Source of the DNA: Minisyncoccota bacterium | GTDB lineage: Bacteria; Patescibacteriota; Minisyncoccia; Phycocordibacterales; VMEP01 | Direction of reading: 5' to 3' | NCBI GenBank assembly: GCA_041661305.1 | Contig: JBAZUR010000003.1 | Location: 5,103-69,102 of the forward strand | DNA: 64,000 bases | Shown here: one piece after another, positions 19,687-26,897 of the stretch | How the letters are laid out: each line of letters starts with the position of its first letter | How positions within the stretch are numbered: position 1 is the first letter of the stretch | The notes under the pieces: generated by a model | The model's input: the letters and a program-made list of their open reading frames with translations, nothing else | Told to the model about the DNA's origin: nothing | Databases searched by the model: none | Translations under genes and position numbers: made by a program

Positions 19687-20031
19687 ATGGAATTATCAAT
19701 TTACAAACAAAAAACCAAAAACAGACTAGAGAGAATTCTTCGTTGGTTTGACCGTGACCCAGAAAGAATCGAGCTTCGGGCGACCAGAGATTGGAACCTA
19801 ATGCTTATATTTTTTATTCTTATTAATATATTAATATTAATAACGACGACCATTTTCTTTTTTTCTATAAACAAAAGAGAGCTTCTCCCTGTATCTGAAT
19901 TGTCGACTGATTCAATTGCTCGACTTGATAAAGGAAAGGTTGAGAAGGCTGCGGGTGTTATTGAAAAAAGGGAGGCTGGACTTCAGGATCTTTTAAAGTC
20001 ACCACCAAAAATTGTTGACCCTTCTCTTTAG
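19687..20031 (+). CDS. Hypothetical small membrane protein (possibly part of the pilus operon)
   Basis: Single transmembrane segment. No recognisable motifs. Confidence 0.3.
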   Translation: MELSIYKQKTKNRLERILRWFDRDPERIELRATRDWNLMLIFFILINILILITTTIFFFSINKRELLPVSELSTDSIARLDKGKVEKAAGVIEKREAGLQDLLKSPPKIVDPSL

Positions 20032-20055
20032 ACAGGGTAGAGTCGTTGAGTGCTT

Positions 20056-20130
20056 GCCCCTGTAGTTCAATGGATAGAACTGCGGACTTCTAAGCCGTTA
20101 ATGGAGGTTCGATTCCTCCCGGGGGCACCA
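20056..20130 (+). tRNA. tRNA-Arg (anticodon TCT), CCA encoded
   Basis: Acceptor GCCCCTG/CGGGGGC, anticodon loop CTTCTAA, T-arm GGAGGTTCGATTCCTCC, terminal CCA. Confidence 0.85.
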
Positions 20131-20142
20131 AATAAAAATACT

Positions 20143-20296
20143 CGCTTAAGCGAGTGTTTTTATTTGGTGCCAGCCGGAGCGCGACGGCGCGAGGCGGGGT
20201 CGAGCAAATTTCTAGCAAGAAATTATGCGTGACCACCAAAGAGCTTAAGCGAGTGTTTTTATTTGGTGCCAGCTGGAGCGCGACGGCGCGTTAACC
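20143..20296. repeat. Two direct copies of a ~50-bp unit (cttaagcgagtgtttttatttggtgccagcYggagcgcgacggcgcg) at 20143-20192 and 20247-20296. Each contains an inverted copy of the tRNA-Arg(TCT) 3' end.
   Basis: 49 of 50 nt identical between the two copies. The first copy forms a cruciform with the tRNA 3' end (ggcaccaaataaaaa...tttttatttggtgcc). Confidence 0.75.
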
Positions 20297-20324
20297 CGTG
20301 ACCTTCTCGAAGGGCTTAGTTTAT

Positions 20325-20400
20325 TGGTGGGCGGTACAGGACTCGAACCTGTGACCTTCTCGGTGTAAACGAGTTGCTCTACCAACTGAGCTAACCGCCC
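20325..20400 (-). tRNA. tRNA-Val (anticodon TAC), CCA encoded
   Basis: Reverse complement gives GGGCGGTTAGCTCAGTTGGTAGAGC...anticodon loop TTTACAC...ACAGGTTCGAGTCCTGTACCGCCCACCA. Confidence 0.85.
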
Positions 20401-20563
20401 ACCAATAAACGAAACACTTTTTGTAAACGGGAAAAGTGCAACTTTTCCCTCCACCAACTGAGCTAACCGTCCTAAACAAATTTAGGGTACCGTATCTTGC
20501 AAGATAAATCAATTTGCTTAGAGAAAACTTGCTCTGTATTTAATCCCGTCTATAATTTCACAA

Positions 20564-20851
20564 ATGAAAGAACGCTTAGAATGCAGGATTACCGGGCGGG
20601 TCCAGCTCGTAATGTTTCGTGATTTTACGCAAAGGAAAGCATCTGCTTTAGGGTTGGGTGGTACTGTAGAGAACAAAAGAGATGGGTCAGTAGTTGTAGT
20701 AGCTGAGGGGGAACACAGCAAGCTAGAGCAATTATTGCTATTATTAAGAAGTGGCTCAATACTTTCTCGTGTTGATAATGTTGAAGCCAAGTGGTTAGAT
20801 GCGACTGGTGAATTTTCTGATTTCAAGATAGTGTATTACGGAAATGAATAA
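20564..20851 (+). CDS. acyP: Acylphosphatase
   Basis: ITGRVQLVMFRDFT...GLGGTVENKRDGSVVVVAEG. Confidence 0.8.
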   Translation: MKERLECRITGRVQLVMFRDFTQRKASALGLGGTVENKRDGSVVVVAEGEHSKLEQLLLLLRSGSILSRVDNVEAKWLDATGEFSDFKIVYYGNE

Positions 20852-21557
20852 CATTTTTTCAAAAACAAAAGCACCCAAGACCGTTGGTATTATTATGGAC
20901 GGCAATCGCAGATGGGCTAAGGCTAAGAATCTTGCTGTTTACGAAGGGCACCACGCTGGCTATGAGAAGTTGAAGGATTTTGCTAAATGGGCAAGAGAAG
21001 CGGGTGTAAAAAATGTAATCGCCTTTGCTTTTTCAACAGAAAATTGGGAGAGAAAAAAGCACGAAGTTGATTTTCTCCTCGCGCTCTTTAGGAGAATGGT
21101 TATAGAAGAGGCGGAAGAATTAAAAAAAGAAAAAGCACGTATTGTTTTCTTAGGGGACTTAGATAGATTTCCAAGGGATATTGTTATGGCGGCAAGAAAA
21201 CTTGAAGAAGAAACCGCAAAGTTTGCAAAGAACCAAACAATAGGACTTGCGGTTTCGTACAGTGGAAGATCCGAGATAATTTCTGCCATTAAAAAACTTG
21301 TTAAGGAGAAGGGTGTATCAGCGATACAGAAATTGGACGAGAAAATGTTCTCTTCTTTTCTTTTTACAAAAGATATTCCAGATCCAGACCTAATCATTCG
21401 AACAAGTGGTGAGGTTAGGCTTTCTGGTTTCTTGCCTTGGCAAGGTGTTTATAGTGAACTTTTTTTCACTAAAACAAATTGGCCTGCTTTAACGAAAAAA
21501 GAATTTTATAAAATACTAACCGAATATGTTTCCCGCGAAAGGAGACTTGGAAAATAA
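20844..21557 (+). CDS. uppS: Undecaprenyl diphosphate synthase
   Basis: GIIMDGNRRWAK and AFSTENWER motifs. Confidence 0.85.
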   Translation: MNNIFSKTKAPKTVGIIMDGNRRWAKAKNLAVYEGHHAGYEKLKDFAKWAREAGVKNVIAFAFSTENWERKKHEVDFLLALFRRMVIEEAEELKKEKARIVFLGDLDRFPRDIVMAARKLEEETAKFAKNQTIGLAVSYSGRSEIISAIKKLVKEKGVSAIQKLDEKMFSSFLFTKDIPDPDLIIRTSGEVRLSGFLPWQGVYSELFFTKTNWPALTKKEFYKILTEYVSRERRLGK

Positions 21558-22310
21558 ATGGCTGCCCCTAAAATTTTATATGAAGACGAGGATGTTCTGG
21601 TGATAAATAAGCCGGCGGGGATTATGGTGCATGGAGATGGACGAACAAAAGATAAAACCATCTCAGATTGGATTCTAAAAACACGCCCAGAAATGAAAGA
21701 GATTGGTGAGCCAGCACGATTTCACAGTAAAGATGGTTCTATAAAAATAATAAATCGCCCAGGCATCGTTCATCGTTTAGATAAAGACACAACCGGTGTG
21801 CTTATTATCGCTAAAAATACCCACGCTTACAGATTTTTAAAAAAACAGTTTAGAGAGCGAAGTATAAAGAAAACATATATCGCTGTAGTTCATGGTTCTG
21901 TAAAAAACGAACGCGGTGTTATTGATAGACCAATTGGAAGAAGCTCTGCTGATTTTAGAAAGAGGTCTGCCTCGCGTGGAGCTAAGGGTGATTTGCGTCA
22001 GGCTGTGACCACATACAAAACCGTCGGACATATTGAGAAAAAAGTTGGAGGAGAGATAAAAAAATATTCACTACTTGAATTATTTCCAAAAACAGGACGA
22101 ACTCACCAAATTAGGGTGCACCTTAAAGCGATAGGACACCCAATTGTTTGTGACAATTTATATGCAGGGAAGCTAGGGGGAGGGCTTTCTTTTGACAGGC
22201 CAGCTCTACATGCTCGGGACATAAGCTTTTTACTGCCATCCGGGAAAAACAGTACAGTAGAAGCTCCTGTACCGACAGATTTCGAGGGGGCTATTAAATC
22301 TGTTGCATAG
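21558..22310 (+). CDS. RluA-family pseudouridine synthase
   Basis: Catalytic HRLDKDTTGVLIIAK motif. Confidence 0.8.
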   Translation: MAAPKILYEDEDVLVINKPAGIMVHGDGRTKDKTISDWILKTRPEMKEIGEPARFHSKDGSIKIINRPGIVHRLDKDTTGVLIIAKNTHAYRFLKKQFRERSIKKTYIAVVHGSVKNERGVIDRPIGRSSADFRKRSASRGAKGDLRQAVTTYKTVGHIEKKVGGEIKKYSLLELFPKTGRTHQIRVHLKAIGHPIVCDNLYAGKLGGGLSFDRPALHARDISFLLPSGKNSTVEAPVPTDFEGAIKSVA

Positions 22311-22341
22311 TATCATTTCGTGTGTTAGATTACCTTTCGTT

Positions 22342-22767
22342 ATGGCAACTATGAATGTAAAACTTTCTCCAGTAGATGTGGAGGCAAGAAAGAAGCTAGA
22401 TATCCGCGCGGGCGACACTGTTCGTGTGTGGACTAAAATCAAAGAAAAAGATGGCAAGACTCGCCTTCAAGGTTTTGAGGGTATAATTTTATCGCGTAAA
22501 CACGGACTTGAGTCAGGCTCTATGTTTACAGTTCGTCGCGTTGCAAGTGGTGTTGGTGTTGAGAAAATTTTTCCACTTTATTCTCCGTCTATCGATAAGG
22601 TAGAAATCATTCGTCGAGCAAAAGTTAGACGAGCAAAATTGTATTATGTTCGCGAAAAAGCAGCAAAAGAAATTAAGAGAAAAATGAGAAGCGAATTGTA
22701 TAAAGGTATTCCAATTGGAAAAGAAACAGAAGCAGAAGTAGTTGAAACAGAAACTAAGTCAGAGTAA
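22342..22767 (+). CDS. rplS: 50S ribosomal protein L19
   Basis: AGDTVRVWTKI...GFEGIILSRKHG...VGVEKIFPLYSP...RRAKLYYVRE. Confidence 0.85.
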   Translation: MATMNVKLSPVDVEARKKLDIRAGDTVRVWTKIKEKDGKTRLQGFEGIILSRKHGLESGSMFTVRRVASGVGVEKIFPLYSPSIDKVEIIRRAKVRRAKLYYVREKAAKEIKRKMRSELYKGIPIGKETEAEVVETETKSE

Positions 22768-22816
22768 GATGAAGGAGCTCACGAAAGTGAGCTCCTCTCT
22801 TTAATGGGGGAAATAT

Positions 22817-22901
22817 GCCCAGGTGGAGAAATTGGTAGACTTACTACCTTGAGGTGGTAGCGCCGCAAGGCATGGGGGTTCGAGTCCCCCCCTGGGCACC
22901 A
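22817..22901 (+). tRNA. tRNA-Leu (anticodon GAG), class II with long variable arm, CCA encoded
   Basis: Acceptor GCCCAGG/CCTGGGC, anticodon stem CTACC/GGTAG with loop TTGAGGT, T-arm GGGGGTTCGAGTCCCCC, CCA. Confidence 0.85.
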
Positions 22902-22911
22902 AAAATATAAT

Positions 22912-22937
22912 CCGGCTTCGTGCCGGTTTTTATTTTT
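22912..22937 (+). terminator. Terminator (ccggcttcgtgccgg + T-run) after tRNA-Leu
   Basis: Inverted repeat plus T-run. Confidence 0.65.
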
Positions 22938-23040
22938 GGTCTAGGGGAATCGAAAGCCGGAGTGATATTTCAAAAAGTTTTCCTCCTTACTTTTTGAAAT
23001 CACGAGGTGGGGTCGAGAGTACTTATGAGCGAAGCGAATT

Positions 23041-23074
23041 AGTAACTCGTGACCGAGTCCCCCCCCTTGGGCAC
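23041..23074. repeat. Duplicate of the tRNA-Leu 3' end (cgagtccccccccttgggcac) fused to the junction motif ttagtaactcgtgac
   Basis: 19/21 match to tRNA-Leu positions 22875-22898. The adjacent 18-mer is shared with 12797-12825 (reverse complement) and, partially, with 15736-15750. Confidence 0.7.
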
Positions 23075-23283
23075 AAAGCGTTAAGAAAACATGCTAGGGA
23101 TAGCATGTTTTTAGCTTTGTGAGGCGGAGGTCGACGGACCGAGCCGGGCCGTCCACAGGTGTCCATCAACCACCGATGGACTTCGCGAAAATTTTCAGCA
23201 GAAAATTATCTGTGACCCAAAAACACAATAATGGACATGGCTAAGAAATTTTTACGAGAGACGACGAGTAAAAATGTTCTTAG

Positions 23284-23296
23284 TCGAGCCCCCCCC
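23284..23296. repeat. Second degenerate copy of the tRNA-Leu T-arm/acceptor (tcgagcccccccc)
   Basis: Short match to the tRNA-Leu 3' region, followed by a T-run. Confidence 0.4.
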
Positions 23297-23354
23297 TTTT
23301 TTTTATACAAAAAACAAAGGACCCCTTACGGGGTCCTTACTCAAAAGGAACTTC

Positions 23355-23822
23355 TTACTCTCTGCCGATACGGACGTCTGGCGCATGTCGTACGACATTT
23401 GTTCCCATGAAGCAGGAGAGGTGGGCGAACAGTTTTCGTTTATATACCTCTCCTGAAATTGAGGCAGCGAAGACGATGATATCTTCTCCTTTTGTCGAGA
23501 AGCCGCACAAATTACAGCTCCTTTGGAATGATGGCTCGGATACGCCGGTTATCGCCATTGTCGCCATAACAATATCGTAACGAGCCTTGAAGTGCGGATT
23601 TTCGTCCAAGAAACATTTTGTGTGATGCCGTTCGGCGTGAATGTCTTTCGGGTAGAAGACTAGCACTACCTCCTTTCCAGTGGTTGATTCAAGACATTCT
23701 TTGCATGGTAATTCTCCGTGCTCACTGCCCCTAGAGACTCTCCCGTGTTTCGTTCTTTTGATCATTATGCATCTCCTTTTCTTATCGAATGAACCTTTTT
23801 TCAGCTGGCGAAGAGTATACAC
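23355..23822 (-). CDS. Hypothetical CxxC...CxxC zinc-finger-like protein (GC-rich)
   Basis: Cysteine pairs CKEC and CNLC. GC-rich relative to the rest of the window. Confidence 0.35.
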   Translation of the reverse strand: MYTLRQLKKGSFDKKRRCIMIKRTKHGRVSRGSEHGELPCKECLESTTGKEVVLVFYPKDIHAERHHTKCFLDENPHFKARYDIVMATMAITGVSEPSFQRSCNLCGFSTKGEDIIVFAASISGEVYKRKLFAHLSCFMGTNVVRHAPDVRIGRE

Positions 23823-23906
23823 CCATGTTTAATATTTTTCCATTTTATAGCTTTTAGTTAAAAAAACCCTTTGATGTTATCGCAGGGTTTTTTCCACGAG
23901 GCCTAG

Positions 23907-24593
23907 CTAGTGGTGGTGATAGTGGTCGTGCCCACAATGGTCATGACCAGTGCTTGGTTTGACTAGGAGTCGGCGCAGGGCGATGAAGAGAATGAGTCCA
24001 CCCAAAAAGAACGAAAGTATCGGATCAATGATGGTAACCCCAGTCATCCAGATAGCGATACCGCCAAATATGACAAGCACGCTTGCGCCGGTGTCGACAA
24101 CGATATGGAGCTCTTGCCACCAATGCGTTTCGTTTTTATGTTCCTCGTGCGCGTTGATGTGCATGAAGTACATAAAAAGATTCGCAACAAGACCAACAAA
24201 GCCAAGCATGATCATGTACCCCACCTGTATTTCGTGCGGGTTTGCCACTCGGTCCGGAGCTTCGATGACGATGATCCATAGAGCGACGCCGATAAGCAGA
24301 ATTGCACTGAGGTACCCGCCACGCCGGCGAAGCATTTTCTCGTCCGTACTTGTCCTGGCGCGCTTGGACACAATCATGGAAACGAAGCTCTCGGACCCAT
24401 CCACAAGCACGTGGAACGAGTCGGAAATGAGAGCCAAGCTTCCAAAGAAAATGCCACCAAGGAGTTCGACAAGGAAAAGACCAAACGAAATCATTGTGAG
24501 GCTCATGTAGTGCAGAACCTCTTCTTCGCAACGACAGTCGCTTTGCTGTCCCGTTTTAAGGAACTGACAAGCGGCAATATGGTTGTTTTGCAC
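23907..24593 (-). CDS. Cation diffusion facilitator (CDF) family transporter: transmembrane domain only, His-rich C-terminal tail
   Basis: Six transmembrane segments with CDF motifs (HVLVDGSESFVSMI, IEAPDRVANP). Ends in GHDHCGHDHYHHH and has no cytoplasmic C-terminal domain. GC-rich. Confidence 0.65.
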   Translation of the reverse strand: MQNNHIAACQFLKTGQQSDCRCEEEVLHYMSLTMISFGLFLVELLGGIFFGSLALISDSFHVLVDGSESFVSMIVSKRARTSTDEKMLRRRGGYLSAILLIGVALWIIVIEAPDRVANPHEIQVGYMIMLGFVGLVANLFMYFMHINAHEEHKNETHWWQELHIVVDTGASVLVIFGGIAIWMTGVTIIDPILSFFLGGLILFIALRRLLVKPSTGHDHCGHDHYHHH

Positions 24594-24687
24594 GAGACAC
24601 CTACCTTTCTCAAAGAGTTAAACTAGTCGAACTTTACGATTAAATTATTATTTCGTCAACCTATCTCTAAGATGATACGATTGTCTT

Positions 24688-25218
24688 ATGTTGTACACAC
24701 GAAAAGGAGACAAAGGGATGACTGGAACATTTGGCTGTGACCAAAAAATGTCTAAGAGTTCGGCTATCGCTGAGGCTCTCGGAACGCTTGATGAAATTAA
24801 TTCTTTTCTTGGTGTTTGCAAGGTGCTTTCGAGGGATTTAAAAACCGAGGAAATAATAAATAGAGTCCAACAAAATCTTTTTATCGTACAGGCAGAACTT
24901 GCTGGGTCAGACAAAACAATTGACGAAGAAAAAGTAAAAGAAGTTGAGGAGATTATTGACGGGATTGAAAAAGAACTACCTCCAATAAAAACTTTTTTTG
25001 TTTCAGGAGGGACAGAGCTTGCCTCTAGTTTTGACTTTGCGCGTACCTTATCAAGGAGAGCTGAGAGGAGAGTGGTGGCGGTTGTTGAAGAGGGAGAGGT
25101 AAAAGTTGGAGAACAAACACTCGCTTATTTAAATCGGTTATCCTCACTTCTTTACGCGCTCGCTAGACTTTCGAACAAAAATTCTGGTATAACTGAGCAG
25201 TCGCCTACATATAAATAA
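24688..25218 (+). CDS. PduO-type ATP:cob(I)alamin adenosyltransferase family protein
   Basis: YTRKGDKGMTG...IAEALGTLDEINSFLG, characteristic of the PduO/MMAB family. Confidence 0.75.
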   Translation: MLYTRKGDKGMTGTFGCDQKMSKSSAIAEALGTLDEINSFLGVCKVLSRDLKTEEIINRVQQNLFIVQAELAGSDKTIDEEKVKEVEEIIDGIEKELPPIKTFFVSGGTELASSFDFARTLSRRAERRVVAVVEEGEVKVGEQTLAYLNRLSSLLYALARLSNKNSGITEQSPTYK

Positions 25219-25232
25219 AGCGACTGATATAT

Positions 25233-25308
25233 GGTGCCTATAGTGTAATGGTTAGCACTAGAGTTTGTGGAACTCTCAGTTCGGGTTCAAATCCCGATAG
25301 GCACCCCA
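25233..25308 (+). tRNA. tRNA-His (anticodon GTG) with encoded G-1 and CCA
   Basis: G-1 + GTGCCTA acceptor pairing with TAGGCAC, discriminator C, anticodon loop TTGTGGA, T-arm TCGGGTTCAAATCCCGA. Confidence 0.85.
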
Positions 25309-25354
25309 AAATAACGAGACGAACGCGTATGCGTTCGGTGACTATATTTAGGGA

Positions 25355-25372
25355 GTGCCTATCGGGATTTGA
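25355..25372. repeat. Inverted 18-nt copy of the tRNA-His 3' end (gtgcctatcgggatttga)
   Basis: Perfect reverse complement of tRNA-His 25287-25304. Confidence 0.75.
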
Positions 25373-25469
25373 AAGACGGAGCCAGTACACAAGACGAGCG
25401 AAGCGAGTGCTTGTCGGCGAGTCCGGGGAGAAAGTTCTTAGCGAGTCTGCGAGCTTAGAAACTTGACCC

Positions 25470-25490
25470 CAAATCCCGATAGGCACCCCA
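25470..25490. repeat. Direct 21-nt copy of the tRNA-His 3' end including CCA (caaatcccgataggcacccca)
   Basis: Identical to 25288-25308. Together with the tRNA it brackets a ~165-bp GC-rich insert. Confidence 0.8.
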
Positions 25491-25540
25491 AATTCAATCC
25501 ATAACTTGACGGTTTTTGTGTTTATGGCGACACTGGGTTA

Positions 25541-26377
25541 ATGGTTAAGATCTTAGACGGTAAAATTGTGCGCGATGAAATAGTGGATTTTTTGTCGCGC
25601 GAAGTAAAAAGATTTAAAACAAAACCACAGTTGGTGATTATTCAGATTGGCAGTCGCGCTGATTCTGACTCATACATAAAACAAAAAAAGATTTTTGGGG
25701 AACGAATTGGTGCGAAAGTGACACATCTGAAATTTAAAGAAAATATTACAGAAAAGAAACTACTCTCTGTTGTTTTGAAATGTAATATTGATAAAAAAGT
25801 TTCTGGAATTATTGTTCAATTACCATTACCGAAGCAATTAAACTCGTTTAATATTATTGAATCCATTTCTCCCAAAAAAGATGTTGACGGTTTAACTTCA
25901 GTAAATTTAAAGAAACTAATTACAAACGACGAAAGTGGTTTTCTTCCAGCAACACCAAAAGGGATTGTTTCGCTTTTTGAATATTACAAAGTCTCTATTC
26001 GTGGAAAAAAGATAGTTGTTGTTGGTCGTTCTCCTTGGCTAGGAAAACCATTGGCGCTTCTTTTGATAAACAATGGCGCGACGGTGACCGTCTGCCATTC
26101 GGGAACCAAAAACTTGGCAACTGAAACAAAAAATACCGAGATATTAATTGTTGCCACAGGAAAGCCGAAACTCATCGGCAAAAAACACGTTTCATCCGGG
26201 CAGGTAGTTATTGATGTCGGGATAAACAAAGTGGATGGTAAACTTGTTGGTGATGTAGATTTTGAGGCGGTCAAAAATATAGTTAAGGCTATAACGCCAG
26301 TGCCAGGCGGGGTGGGGCCATTGACCGTCGCTTCGCTTTTCCAAAATTTAGTTTTGAGTGTGAAAAATAAAAATTAA
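25541..26377 (+). CDS. folD: Bifunctional methylenetetrahydrofolate dehydrogenase / cyclohydrolase
   Basis: KILDGK start, VGRSPWLGKPLALLL..NGATVTVCHSGT, PVPGGVGPLTVA. Confidence 0.85.
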   Translation: MVKILDGKIVRDEIVDFLSREVKRFKTKPQLVIIQIGSRADSDSYIKQKKIFGERIGAKVTHLKFKENITEKKLLSVVLKCNIDKKVSGIIVQLPLPKQLNSFNIIESISPKKDVDGLTSVNLKKLITNDESGFLPATPKGIVSLFEYYKVSIRGKKIVVVGRSPWLGKPLALLLINNGATVTVCHSGTKNLATETKNTEILIVATGKPKLIGKKHVSSGQVVIDVGINKVDGKLVGDVDFEAVKNIVKAITPVPGGVGPLTVASLFQNLVLSVKNKN

Positions 26378-26400
26378 TAGATAATTTATATATTTTTAAT

Positions 26401-26853
26401 ATGCACGGGAACGACACAGAAAAACAAATATTTTTTTACGAACACGAGTTTTACGTGTTTTCCAATTTTTCATCTTTCGCCATAGAGTGGAAAGGGAAAC
26501 TTTATCCAACCTCGGAACATGCATATCATTCGGAAAAATTTGAAAACGAGGAAATGAAGGATCAAGTAAGAAACACACGTTCGGCGCATGAGGCTCTTAA
26601 ATTTACGAAAACCAATAATGACAAGCGCCGAAAAGATTGGAGTGAAGTTAAACTTTCAATCATGAAAGATATTTTGAGAGCAAAAGTCGAACAGCATCCG
26701 TACGTAAAGAAGAAATTATTGGAATCAGGGGACAAAGAGCTTATTGAGGATTCGTGGCGTGATGCATATTGGGGTTGGGGACCAAATAAGGATGGAGAAA
26801 ATCATCTCGGTAAACTTTGGATGGAGGTTAGGGAGGAGTTTAAGGGAAACTAA
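26401..26853 (+). CDS. NADAR (YbiA/DUF1768) domain protein
   Basis: FYEHEFYVFSNFS....YPTSEHAYHSEKF...DAYWGWGPNKDGENHLGKL. Confidence 0.7.
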   Translation: MHGNDTEKQIFFYEHEFYVFSNFSSFAIEWKGKLYPTSEHAYHSEKFENEEMKDQVRNTRSAHEALKFTKTNNDKRRKDWSEVKLSIMKDILRAKVEQHPYVKKKLLESGDKELIEDSWRDAYWGWGPNKDGENHLGKLWMEVREEFKGN

Positions 26854-26897
26854 AGTTGTATCAGGCAATACAAAGCGTTCTGTTATAATCTGTTTCT

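Noticed and set aside
20245-20512. Minus-strand ORFs (70 and 63 aa) across the tRNA-Val region
   Set aside because: They overlap a well-folded tRNA gene and its repeats. Not coding.
23950-24531. Long plus- and minus-strand ORFs (186 aa, 131 aa) overlapping the CDF transporter gene
   Set aside because: They lie antisense or out of frame to a gene with clear CDF motifs, inside a GC-rich segment where stop codons are rare. Composition artefacts.
12740-25500. CRISPR array interpretation of the short repeats near tRNAs
   Set aside because: Repeats are copies of tRNA 3' ends and a junction motif with irregular spacing and orientation. No regular repeat-spacer periodicity and no cas genes.
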